DNA of 63,986 nt, the filler included, from Octopus bimaculoides (taxonomy: Eukaryota), in NCBI RefSeq assembly GCF_001194135.2. It is 6 parts of 6 records of this genome, joined end to end, with 100 filler letters (N's around TTAATTAATTAA, not from the genome) between each part and the next. Parts side by side here need not be neighbours in the genome. Positions count along the whole stretch, not along the records: positions 37,068 to 57,966 come from NC_068984.1; 5 more parts are not named here. The stretch is one strand, 5' to 3'. The translations under genes were made by a program, and so were the position numbers. The first letter of the stretch is position 1. Every line of letters begins with the position of its first letter. This document shows, one piece after another, positions 44,990 through 54,626 of the stretch. A model generated the notes under the pieces. That model worked only from the letters and a program-made list of their open reading frames with translations. It was not told where the DNA came from and searched no databases.

Positions 44990-45712
44990 TTCTTATTTTG
45001 AAAATGGAGCTGGTTTCTAATAAAGATACAAAGCCCCGATTCTGGAATGGAGATAACGAAAACTACGTCGCATTTTAAACCTGAGAAAAGTCTTGCAGAG
45101 TTTTACTGTTCCACTTACAGATCGTATTTGTGATGTGCGGATCAGTTGGTTGATATCTCTTTCTGAAAATCCAAGCTGATTCAGACTGATAGTTAGGCAT
45201 TTACTGATAAAACCAAATGCGCCTATTATTATTGGTGTAAATGTTAATCTGTAATCCGGATATAGAAGCTGAAGGTTTCGAAGCAGTTGTCCGTGGTTAT
45301 CTCCCTTCTCTTTAATTTTCAAGACAACAATATCCGGCCTGTTATGCTTACATTTGATAGATGTTTTGATGGCAATGTTCCGTCAGTTTTCCTTGTGCTG
45401 GTATTTGTGTACGTATTCAATAACAGTGGGGATTCTCTACAATTATTCCAGAACGGTCTTTTTTTCCGAAATGGCATTGTATATTGTTTTTGCGACAACG
45501 TCACGTCTTATAGGGAGGTGGTACCTTGATGGCATTTTGGGGCAGATGCTAATCACATGTATAATGTCTTCTACAGAAATATCACATGATCTATATTTTT
45601 GGTTGCATCTTGGAACTCCAAGAGCTTCACTGTCTCTTTTGTTGATTAGATATTTAGCAGTAATCTCCTGTTCTTGGATTGCAAGTGCACAGAGTAGAAA
45701 AGAATATATAGA
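44990..45712 (-). mobile_element. R4/Dong-like LINE 3' end (CCHC plus restriction-like endonuclease)
   Basis: Peptides AIQEQEITAKYL, VEDIIHVISICPKMPSRYHLPIRRDVVAK and FTPIIIGAFG...GTVKLCKTFL. Confidence 0.85.
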
Positions 45713-45744
45713 TCTATATATATATATACATACGTATATATACT

Positions 45745-45945
45745 CTAGGGCCAAGGTCCGAAATTTTGTGGGAGGGCCAGTCGATTAGATCGATCTTAGT
45801 ATGCAACTGGTACTTAATTTATCGACCCCGAAAGGATGAAAGGCAAAGTCGACCTCAGCGGAATTTGAACTCAGAACGTAACGGCAGACGAAATATCGCT
45901 AAGCATTTCACCAGCGTGCTAACGTTTCTGCCGGCTCATCGCCTT
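45745..45945 (-). mobile_element. tRNA-derived SINE family B (central GCCTTTCATCCTTTCGGGGTCGATAAA domain)
   Basis: B box GAGTTCAAATTCC plus a conserved central domain. Other copies lie near 13450-13540, 31085-31237, 35600-35755, 40170-40280, 43690-44050, 44290-44440, 51760-51940 and 53630-53720. Confidence 0.88.
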
Positions 45946-45957
45946 CCCATATATATC

Positions 45958-46340
45958 GTGGCACTCTGTCGGTTAAGATGACAAGGGTTCCAGTTGACCC
46001 GGTCAGCGGAACAGCATGCTCGTGAAATTAACGTGTAAGTGGCTGTGTACTCCACAGACACGTGTACCCTTAACGTAGTACTCAGGGCAATTCAGCGTGA
46101 CACAGTGTGTGACAAGGCCGGCCTTTTGAAATACAGGTATAACAGAAACAAGAAGAAAGAGTGAGAGAAAGTTGTGATGAAAGAGTACAGCAGGGTTCGC
46201 CCCTCCCACACACTGCCGTCGTCTCGTGGAGCTCTAGGGGATTTGCTCAATAAACACTCACAACGCCCGGTCTGGGAATCGAAACCGCGATCCTATGACC
46301 GCGAGTCCGCTGCCCCTAACCACTGGGTCATTGCGCCTCC
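45958..46340 (-). mobile_element. tRNA-derived SINE family C, full length
   Basis: The reverse complement starts GGAGGCGCAATGACCCAGTGGTTAGGGGCAGCGGACTCGCGG and contains GGTTTCGATTCCC. It is colinear with 50384-50770 and with a partial copy at 17648-17860. Confidence 0.9.
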
Positions 46341-46584
46341 CTACAGTTGTATTACACTGCTCCTTTCCACCTTTTCTCTACTGCAACCTATCACCTCTTC
46401 TTTCCTTAATCCTTTTCTATTCCTTTCACCTTCAATCCAAACTGATATTTAACATCAACCATGCCTCTGTCTTTTCTCACCATTCACTACATTCACCTCG
46501 ACCCCAAATTCTAACCATCCGTTGCTCTCCTCTCACACTCTCATGAACTTCCTCATCCACTTTTCCCAATCCTCTTTTCTTTTG

Positions 46585-46952
46585 TTTCTGTCATTAGACT
46601 GTGGCCATGCTGAGGCATCACCTTGAAGAATTTTTAGTCAAATGAATCGACCCTAGTACGTTTTTTTAAGCCTGGTATTTATTCTATCAGTTTTTTTTCC
46701 CAAACTGCTAAGTTAAGGGGATGTAAGTATACCAACACAGGTTGTCAAGCACTGGTGTAAGACAAACACAAAGACACACACACGCATATACAAAGGGCTT
46801 CTTTCTGTTTCTGTCTACCATATCAACTCACAAGGTTTTGGTCACTCTGAGGCTATAGAAGAGGACACTTGCCCAAGGTGCCATGCAGTGGGACTGAACC
46901 CAGAACCATGTAGCTTGGAAGCAAGCTTCTTACCACACAGTCACACCTGTCT
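46585..46952 (-). mobile_element. Diverged SINE family A copy
   Basis: Colinear with 26970-27382, with many substitutions. Confidence 0.8.
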
Positions 46953-47367
46953 CTATTCTCTCTGATTATCACCTTGTTACCGTAAAGCTGTACCCAACAC
47001 CTTCTTACCACCATATTTATCTCTCTTTCTAACTTCTTCCACCCTTATGTATTGCAGGGTAACCTTTCAACACCTCTTTCTGTCTTTGTATCCTACTTTA
47101 GGCTCCTTGACACCTGGTACAAAGCCACTTCCAATTCAATCCCAAGAACTCATCTTGCAAGTTGCTTAGTAACTTTACTACTGCCGGTTTCACAACGGAA
47201 AAAGCACTCAATACATTCTGTATAGTGGTTAGCATTAAAAAGGGCATCCAGCCATAGAAACTAAGCCAAAGCAGACCTGCAGCTCACACAATTTCATCAA
47301 ACTGTCCAACACATGCCAGTGTGAAAGACAAATGATGATAATAATAATAATAATAATGAATTATATA

Positions 47368-47690
47368 CAGGGTGCAATGGGTAAATTGTTGCTATTTTAT
47401 ATTTCCAATTTCACACATGTGTATTGTTTGCTTTAGATTTTGTTAACTACACAGTATAGTAGGGTCAGTTGGGCACTATGACACAATTCACTCTGCCAGA
47501 AATTTGGAAATGACATGCTGTACTGCTTGGCATTTGCACCAGAAGTTCCAATGCAAACAGATGCTGAACACACAGAACAACCAATGATTTGCCATGTCCC
47601 CAAAACATACCGAAAGTGATAAAAATCAAACATCCAGTCAACATCATGGTGTTTGGAGTGATTACTAGTGTTGGCGACGTTATGCCTGCC
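47368..47690 (+). mobile_element. Internally deleted Tc1/mariner (DD37D/maT-like) remnant
   Basis: TA followed by a CAGGGTGCAATGGGTAAATTG end. The peptide KHPVNIMVFGVITSVGDVMP resembles the KHPxxVMVWGxIxxxG motif. Confidence 0.7.
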
Positions 47691-47732
47691 TGATAAAAAT
47701 GAGTACCACTAGTGGAGGCGCATCGCTTAGTG

Positions 47733-48032
47733 CAGGGGTTTTCAAACTTTTTGACTTGCGGACCCCTTTTTTATATTTCAGGCTTTACCTTAGGGACCCC
47801 CTTATAAACGCTTATGAAATTTATACATAAATATTTGCTTAAAATAACATATATTTTTACATTTATTTATTTAACAGTATTTAACAAATAGGTTTATTGT
47901 CAATTAAAAGATTTTGATTAAAAAACATATATAAAATCAAATTGCCCATAAAAAGTATTTGCTGTTCACGAACCCCCTGTCTTGTCCTTGCGGACCCCCT
48001 GTGGTCCACGGACCACAGTTTGAAAACCACTG
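47733..48032. mobile_element. 300-bp hAT (Charlie-like) MITE with 8-bp TSD
   Basis: TIRs are CAGGGGTTTTCAAAC and GTTTGAAAACCACTG. The TSD GCTTAGTG lies at 47725-47732 and 48033-48040. Confidence 0.92.
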
Positions 48033-48671
48033 GCTTAGTGGTTAGGGTGTTGGATTCACAACTGTAAGATTGTGGTTTCACTCTCTGAACGGAGCAGTCT
48101 GTTGTGATCTTGAGTAAGCCACTTCATTTCATGTTGCTCCAGTCCTCTCAGCTTTAGAAATGAGTTTAGCCTGGTGAGGGATGGGCTCTTCCAGGCTTTT
48201 TCACCTTAGATACGCTGCATGGTTGCAGCACCCCCAACAACCCCAAAGCAGTTAAGGGACTTGTCATTGTCAGGTAGCCCATTGCCCCCTCATCTTCCAT
48301 TTTCTGCTGCTTTATTCCCACTACTTTTTAACTTTCTTTTCCTTTCTTATCTCTCTTTCTTCTTGTTTCTTTGTATTGAAATAAACAATTAATAGCCATG
48401 CCTCATGTAGAATACATTAACAAGTTTAAAGCACCTGGTTGTGTCTGCACAAATGAAACAGTATAAATGAGATGTGTCTATTTACTTTTGAAATGTCTGT
48501 GAACAAGTGCTGGTAGTACAATAACGAAACTGATGCAGTTTGCACTGGAGAGCAGTTGGTGATAGATAGGGCACCTATCTTTGTTCATCTGTAAGAGAAA
48601 AAAGAAACATACATGCTGGTTTGGTTTAGGTTGGGTTGGACAGGCCTCGGTGCTTGTCCAACTCAAATTAG

Positions 48672-49460
48672 TATGGAGGCACAGGCATTGCTGTGTGGTA
48701 AGAAGCTTGCTTCCCCCGCAGGTGGCCGCTGAGGTAGTTACCCGTACCACCATTAACACGGTCAAGGCCACCTGCAATGAATTGAGTTATTTATACTTTA
48801 CTAACGAAGTAGATTACAACATGGACTCTTGGCTGATGGCAGTATCAGGTATGATGATGGAGAATTATTGATTGTAAATTGATTATTGACTGTAAATTAA
48901 TTGTAACCATAGTGAACAAAGGTTTTCGAGGGGTTACCGATCGGTGGGCATCAGTGTCCCTCTCATTTTTCATCTATGTCATCCTCATTTTGTCATTAAT
49001 GTTTCTGTCCAGCCCTAGCTTCTGCTAATCTTTGTAATGCCTAAATGGCAAATTTCATGAAATATAGAAGCTTGCTTCCCAACCACAGAGTTCTGGGTTC
49101 AGTCCCACTCCGTGGCACTTTGGGCAAGTGTCTTCTACTATAGCTTCCAACCAAACAAAACCTTATGAATGATTTTGGTACACAGAAACCAAATGAAGCC
49201 CATTGTATATATATATATATATATATATATTATTTGTGTGTGTGTGTGTGTCCTTGTGTCTATGTTTATATTCCCACCAGCATCACCACTTGACAACTGC
49301 TACTGGTGTGTTTATGTCCCATTAACTTAGCAGTTCAGTAAAAGAGACTGATAGAATAAGTACCAGGCTTTAAAAAATAAGTCCTAGCGTTGATTTACTT
49401 GACTAAGATTCTTAAAGGTGGTGCTCCAGCATGGCAACAGTCTAATGAGTAAAAAGATAA
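48672..49460 (+). mobile_element. Diverged SINE family A copy split by the 48716-49065 insert
   Basis: The head lies at 48672-48715 and the body resumes at 49066 and continues to GGTGCTCCAGCATGGC near 49430. Confidence 0.8.
48716..49065 (+). mobile_element. 350-bp insert with 15-bp TSD inside a SINE; probable 5'-truncated CR1/L2-like LINE 3' end
   Basis: AGAAGCTTGCTTCCC is duplicated at 48701-48715 and 49066-49080. AEVVTRTTINTVK resembles the CR1 C-terminal LPxEVVxAxxxNxFK motif. A TGCC-TAAAT-GGCA stem-loop lies near the 3' end. Confidence 0.6.
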
Positions 49461-49517
49461 GATTATGATGATGACGACGATAATGATGAATACTTTCATT
49501 GTCCTTTACACAAATAG

Positions 49518-49637
49518 TTTGCCATTACATGGGTGAAGATCACAATGCAGGACCCATTCCTGACACAACATGTATATGTCAACTAAATGGCACTGTTACT
49601 TGTGGAAATAAGCTTTCAGAAGAAGTGGATGACCCAG
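49518..49637 (+). CDS. 120-nt phase 1/1 exon, 4-Cys VWC/FN1-like module 1
   Basis: Acceptor ctttacacaaatag|TT and donor G|gtaagc. Translates as CHYMGEDHNAGPIPDTTCICQLNGTVTCGNKLSEEVDDP. Confidence 0.8.
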
Positions 49638-49742
49638 GTAAGCACTCAAAGTTATCAAATTGCACACATTGGTCTCAACCAAAAGAGACAAGAAGGGGAC
49701 AAGCTGACTGAATTGTTAGCACTTCAAACTGAAATACCTATC

Positions 49743-50014
49743 TGTTATATGTACTGTTGGACTGTTGGATTTGTTTGTTGTTCGTTTGAGGTCCTGTGTT
49801 TCAATGTAGTTCGTCTGAGGTCCCTGTTTTGTTGTTGTTTTGTGTGACTGTCAAAGTAAAAGGTTATTGATATATATGGCGAGGACATGATTCTTGTTTA
49901 TTAATAACGAACATTCGGTGAGTGTGTTTTGTATGTAATTAGTAAATAAATGTAATAACTAAGTTGTACAACTCGTTGTCTTTTCTCTGCGAGTCCCCCG
50001 AGAGGAATACAACA
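49743..50014 (+). mobile_element. Solo LTR, 272 bp, 5-bp TSD CTATC
   Basis: TGT...ACA termini, internal AATAAA, and CTATC on both sides (49738-49742, 50015-50019). It is homologous to 56981-57244. Confidence 0.88.
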
Positions 50015-50194
50015 CTATCAGCATTTAATAAAGTTCTATATTTAAGAGATGAGGAATTATGTACATTATTTACATTTGACAGATATTTGTCCTCATCTTG
50101 TTTGTTGTTAACACAAGAGTGTAGTGGGTGCTTTTTACGTGCCACCGGCACAAGGGGCCATAGGAGCTGGCTTTGACCACAATCGGATGGTGCT

Positions 50195-50875
50195 TTTTAT
50201 GTGCTGTTTCACAAAATTTTTCAAATTCACAAGACACAAATTGTGTTCCATTGTCAGGTACTATCTTGTCTGGGATGCCACATCTTGCAAATAAATCATG
50301 TAAAAACTTCATCACAACTGAGGAGGTTGGTTTTGTACACTTTCAAATTTCAGACCATTTCAACAAACTATCGGCTACAACTACGTAGTTGTTGGCACTC
50401 CGTCACTTATGACGTCGAGGGTTCCAGTTGATCCGATCAACAGAACAGCCTGCTCGTGAAATTAACGTGCAAGTGGCTGAGCACTCCACAGACACGTGTA
50501 CCCTTAACGTAGTTCTCGGGGATATTCAGCGTGACACAGTGTGACAAGGCTGACCTTTTGAATTACAGGCACAACAGAAACAGGAAGTAAGAGTGAGAGA
50601 AAGTTGCGGTGAAAGAGTACAGCAGGGTTTGCCACCATCCCCTGCTGGAGCCTCGTGGAGCTTTTAGGTGTTTTCATTCAATAAACACTCACAATGCCCG
50701 GTCTAGGAATCGAAACTGCGATCCTATGACTGCGAGTCCGCTGCCCTAACCACTGGGCCATTGTGCCTCCACAACTAAATAGTAGGAACCGTTTAAATGA
50801 TCAGCAAAATCCATGTGTGTTCTCAACCACAGAACATCTACTTTTGAACAAGGTTTACTTTTATCCTGGGCAATT
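50195..50875 (-). mobile_element. Ty3/Gypsy integrase fragment interrupted by a SINE
   Basis: With the SINE removed it reads WLRTHMDFADHLNGSYYLVVADSLLKWSEI..TSSVVMKFLHDLFARCGIPDKIVPDNGTQFVSCEFEKFC, the rve core. Confidence 0.88.
50384..50770 (-). mobile_element. SINE family C, full length, TSD ACAACTA
   Basis: ACAACTA at 50377-50383 and 50771-50777. It is inserted in the Gypsy integrase fragment. Confidence 0.9.
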
Positions 50876-50889
50876 GTTTTATTTCTGGA

Positions 50890-51700
50890 TGGTCTTCATA
50901 CCAGTTCTTAGGGTGTGAGATGCCATAGTGGCGGCATATCATCCATGCAAGTATTGGCCAACGTGATCATGCCTGGTTTTATATTCTGTAAGGGCAAGGA
51001 CTGAGCAACCAACAACAATGTGGTCAATACTCTCAAGATTGTCATTGCAGAGTCTACAATTTGAGTCTACCTCATTGTGTGTGACATTAGCTTGATACTT
51101 CCAGGTGAGGGGAGACTCTGGTCTCTTGCTACTAAGATGAATCCTTCTGTTTCAGCTTTCAAACCAACACTCTTCAGCCACTGATGGGTTCTTCTTACAA
51201 CTACATCAGCTCATTTGGGGCATTGCCCATGAAATGGTTTTTCTTGCTACAATCTTGATATTTCCTTCAAGCTCTCCTGTTTGGCTTTTGTTTTACACGG
51301 TTTACTGCCTTAGTGGGTGGTGTCTCCTCCTTATCATAATCAGGGAGGTTAAGCTCCGGTCTGTATTTATATGCCTCCTTTGAGATTGAGTGCAGTTTCT
51401 TACCCTGTTCGTGTTGCCTTACCAGCTGTATCATCGAGACGGTGTTACTTTGGATGTACATTTGAAGTCCTATCGTGGTCGTTTTACAGGACATTTCAAG
51501 CTGGATTAGACCTCCAGACCTCCGGCGCCTCCCTTTCATGGGAGATAGAAACTGTGGACGTTTGATTTTGGGTGGTGCATCCTGTTTAGTGTGAGCAGTT
51601 TTCTGGTCTTTATGTCCATATGCTGGAAATCATTCAGATTCCAACTGATGACATTAAAGCCAGACTGGACAACTGGTACCACCAGGCAGTTTATAGCTGC
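50890..51700 (-). mobile_element. R4/Dong-like non-LTR retrotransposon fragment (post-RT region and CCHC finger)
   Basis: Decayed peptides KPFHGQ, WLKSVGLKAETEGFILVARDQSL and CRLCNDNLESIDHIVVGCSVLALTEYKTRHDHV. Confidence 0.85.
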
Positions 51701-51944
51701 AATTCTATTCTGAGAGTTCAGTTCAGTATTATTCTGATATGTCTACAATATTCTTTCCTGATCTCTCAGCGACATTTCATCCATCCCTATGTTCTGAGTT
51801 CAAATTCCATCAAAGTCAACCTTGCTTTCATCCTTATGGGGTCGATAAACTGAGCATCAGTGAAATCCTGGGGTCAATGTGATTGACTTACCCCACTCCC
51901 TCCAAATTTCAGACCTTGGGCCTATAGTAGAAAGGATTGATCGT

Positions 51945-52355
51945 TGTCACAGCACCAGCTATCTGGCTTCCGTGCCAGGGGAATGTAAATAGCACCATTT
52001 GAGCGTGATCGTTACCAATGTCGCCTTCCTGGCACTTGTGCCAGTGGCACGTGAAAAGACTTTCGAGCGAGTTCGTTGCCAGTACCGCTGGACTGGCTCC
52101 CATGCAGGTGGCACGTAAAATACACCATTTTGAGTGTGACCGTTGCCAGTACCTCCTGACTGGCCTTCGTGCCAGTGGCATGTAAAAGCACCCACTACAC
52201 TCTCGGAGTGGTTGGCGTTAGGAAGGGCATCCAGCTGTAGAAACTCTGCCAAATCAGATTGGAGCCTGGTGTAGCCATCTGGTTTCACCAGTCCTCAGTC
52301 AAATCGTCCAACCCATGCTAGCATGGAAAGCGGACGTTAAACGATGATGATGATG
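51945..52355 (+). mobile_element. Retroposon with four ~65-nt internal repeats, V-domain-like motif and (ATG)n tail
   Basis: Tandem double-hairpin units, then GGTTGGCGTTAGGAAGGGCATCCAGCTGTAGAAA, then GTTAAACGATGATGATG. Related tails occur near 47230-47340 and 53020-53100. Confidence 0.7.
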
Positions 52356-53094
52356 ATGGTGAATGCCTCTGGAAAAACCAGTAATCTGGAAAGGAATTGG
52401 AACTGAAGATTCCAGAGAATCGATGTGGTTCCTGCATATTCATTTTCCTTTGATTTTCTCATAATACTGTCTGTTATGAAATACCAAAGAGTCTCATCGT
52501 ACTTACATGACCACAAGAACCGATCAAACCTAACAACCAACCCCAATAGCAACAGAAAGAAGAACTACAGCAACCAATACTCTGAGTCTCCACATCAAGA
52601 AGGCTCAGAGCTAGAAGAGAGAAGGAATACTAGCTCTTTACTGACTACTCTTACTGACTTTGACATTGAATATCATTCTGGTATTAGCATTTTCAACCTT
52701 CGTCTATTTGCATTAGCCTTCATCTTTCTCTGACCTACACCTTCAATCCGACTTAAACTAAAGCCCAGTGTAAAGGTCAAGGTATGGGTTAGGCTCAACT
52801 TTAGCATAGCTTTAAACCGAAACCAAACCATGGCCGTTGAAACTTGCTCTAATCATCACCCGTCTCTCACCTTCACCGTAAACCCTCTTTTGAGCCATAT
52901 TCTTATCTTCAGTTTGAGTCCTGCTCTGGTTTGTCTTGAACCTTACCTTATCTTCATACTAGCAATGTGAAGACATGGTTGGTCTTGGCAAAGTATTGGC
53001 CTTGCTTTGAAAGATGAAAGTTGGTGATAATAAGGGCATGCAGCTGTAGAAATTCTGCCGCAATGGATTTCATACAGGCATGGAAAGCAGACAT

Positions 53095-54391
53095 GATGAT
53101 AAGGAGGAGGAGGTGGGGAGCATAAGAGTATAACACAATTGTATTAATGCATATACAGTGAAATAGGTACAGTGCATGGCAGAGCCCTACAAATTCCCAC
53201 CAACACTCAGTGTGTAAAGTGGCAGTCTTATACAGCAGACCCAAAAATACTGCCTTCTGTAAAAGTATTACCTGGAGCAGAATTTGCTAGTGTGTTATTT
53301 GTGTGTGTGTGTGTGTTTCTTTTGAGTCAAATTTTGACTACCTTTATTTCTTTCTGAACCTTTCAATCACTGTACATCCCAATCATTAATTTATTATAGA
53401 TGATTGTCTTTACAAAGGAAAGTTCTATGGAGTCGGGCCTCTTGAGGGAGGAAACTGTACTTGTACAGAGACTGGTTATGTTAATTGTGTGGAAACGCCT
53501 CAAGATGACCCAATTCCTGGTAAGTAATTGAGTTTTTCTCTCCATCTGATGTTCTAACACTTCTGCCAGGCTGGTACCTTAATAAAAATGGTTATCATTT
53601 CTACAACTGACACAAAGCCAAAATGTTGGTAGAAAGTGGGTTGGTCGATTACAACAATCCCAGTGATCAACTGGTACTAATGAAAGGCAAAGTCGACACT
53701 TGCAGAAACTGAACTGAAGACATGAAGAGACACACATATATATATACATGTTTGATGGACTTCTTTAAGGATGGGTGGGAGAAGCTGTAAAGAAGATAGG
53801 ATGGTTGTGAAAGGGTGCCAGAGTAAGACCTGAAAGAACACGGAGAGGGGATGAGGAAAGTTGATGCAGATGAGGAGGATACCTTATATAATGGTGGCTG
53901 GACATAGCTGGGAAGAAGATAAGATGGTTGCAAAGGGGTGTCAGATGGAACAAGGAGAGGGGATAAGGACATAAATACAACAATGAGCGTTAGATAAGAT
54001 ATGTCACATGATGAGGAGGAGGAGGTAGGGTAGAGGGGGATGAGGGGGTGCATAAGAGTAGAACATAACTTTATTAATGCATGTACAGTGCATGGCAGAG
54101 CCCTACAGATTCCCACCAACACTCAGTGTGTAAACTGACAGTCTTATACAGCAGACCCAAAAATGCAACCTTCCATAAAAGCATTGCCTGGTGCAGAATT
54201 TGCTAATGTGTTATTCGTGTGTGTGTGTGTGTGTGTGTGTTTCTTTTATGAGTCAAATTATGACTACCTTTATTTCTGGACCTTTCAATCACTGTACATC
54301 CCAATCGTTAATTTATTATAGATGATTGTTTTTACAAAAAAGAAAGCCCTATGGAGTCGGGCCTATTCCAGGAGAAAACTGTAATTGTACA
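53095..54391 (+). repeat. Local tandem duplication: 53095-53470 vs 54009-54391
   Basis: The shared intron block GCATGGCAGAGCCCTACA..CCCACCAACACTCAGTGTGTAAA..GCAGAATTTGCTA..CAATCACTGTACATCCCAATC runs into the module exon in both copies. Confidence 0.92.
53400..53519 (+). CDS. 120-nt phase 1/1 exon, 4-Cys VWC/FN1-like module 2
   Basis: Acceptor ttattatag|AT and donor G|gtaagt. Translates as DCLYKGKFYGVGPLEGGNCTCTETGYVNCVETPQDDPIP. Length, phase and Cys spacing are the same as module 1. Confidence 0.85.
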
Positions 54392-54394
54392 TGA
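54322..54394 (+). pseudogene. Frameshifted, truncated duplicate of the module-2 exon (pseudo-exon)
   Basis: Same acceptor context as module 2. Reads DCFYK, then a +2 A insertion, then RKPYGVGPIPGENCNCT and TGA. Homology stops there and no donor is present. Confidence 0.8.
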
Positions 54395-54519
54395 GCAAAC
54401 ACAAAAATCAAGTCCGCAGACAACTTCGTCTATAAAACACTGGAACGTGCTAGTAGCGTTCCGCAAACCGAAACTCATGTATAAAAACTCAAAACAACCA
54501 AATCATTAATTTATTATAG

Positions 54520-54626
54520 GTTACTGTATTTACGATGGTGAGTCCCATGAAGTCGGCCCTATTCGGGGGGGAAGCTGTAATTGTACAGAGGGTGGTGAAG
54601 TTGTGTGTAAGGAAAAAGTTGAGTAA
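54520..54626 (+). CDS. Probable terminal exon, 4-Cys module 3, ending in TAA
   Basis: Acceptor ttattatag|GT, phase 1. Translates as YCIYDGESHEVGPIRGGSCNCTEGGEVVCKEKVE*. An alternative phase-1 donor T|gtaagg after 54606 cannot be excluded. Confidence 0.78.

Noticed and set aside
46542-46556. HELPH, a possible HExxH
   Set aside because: It lies in a pyrimidine-rich low-complexity tract with no third His, no Gly pattern and no splice context.
48478-48777. Minus-strand ORF with a signal-like start
   Set aside because: It starts at TTG and is built from the LINE-like insert plus a SINE head.
51950-52205. CRISPR-like appearance of the ~65-nt repeats
   Set aside because: These are degenerate tandem units without unique spacers or cas genes, in a eukaryotic retroposon context.
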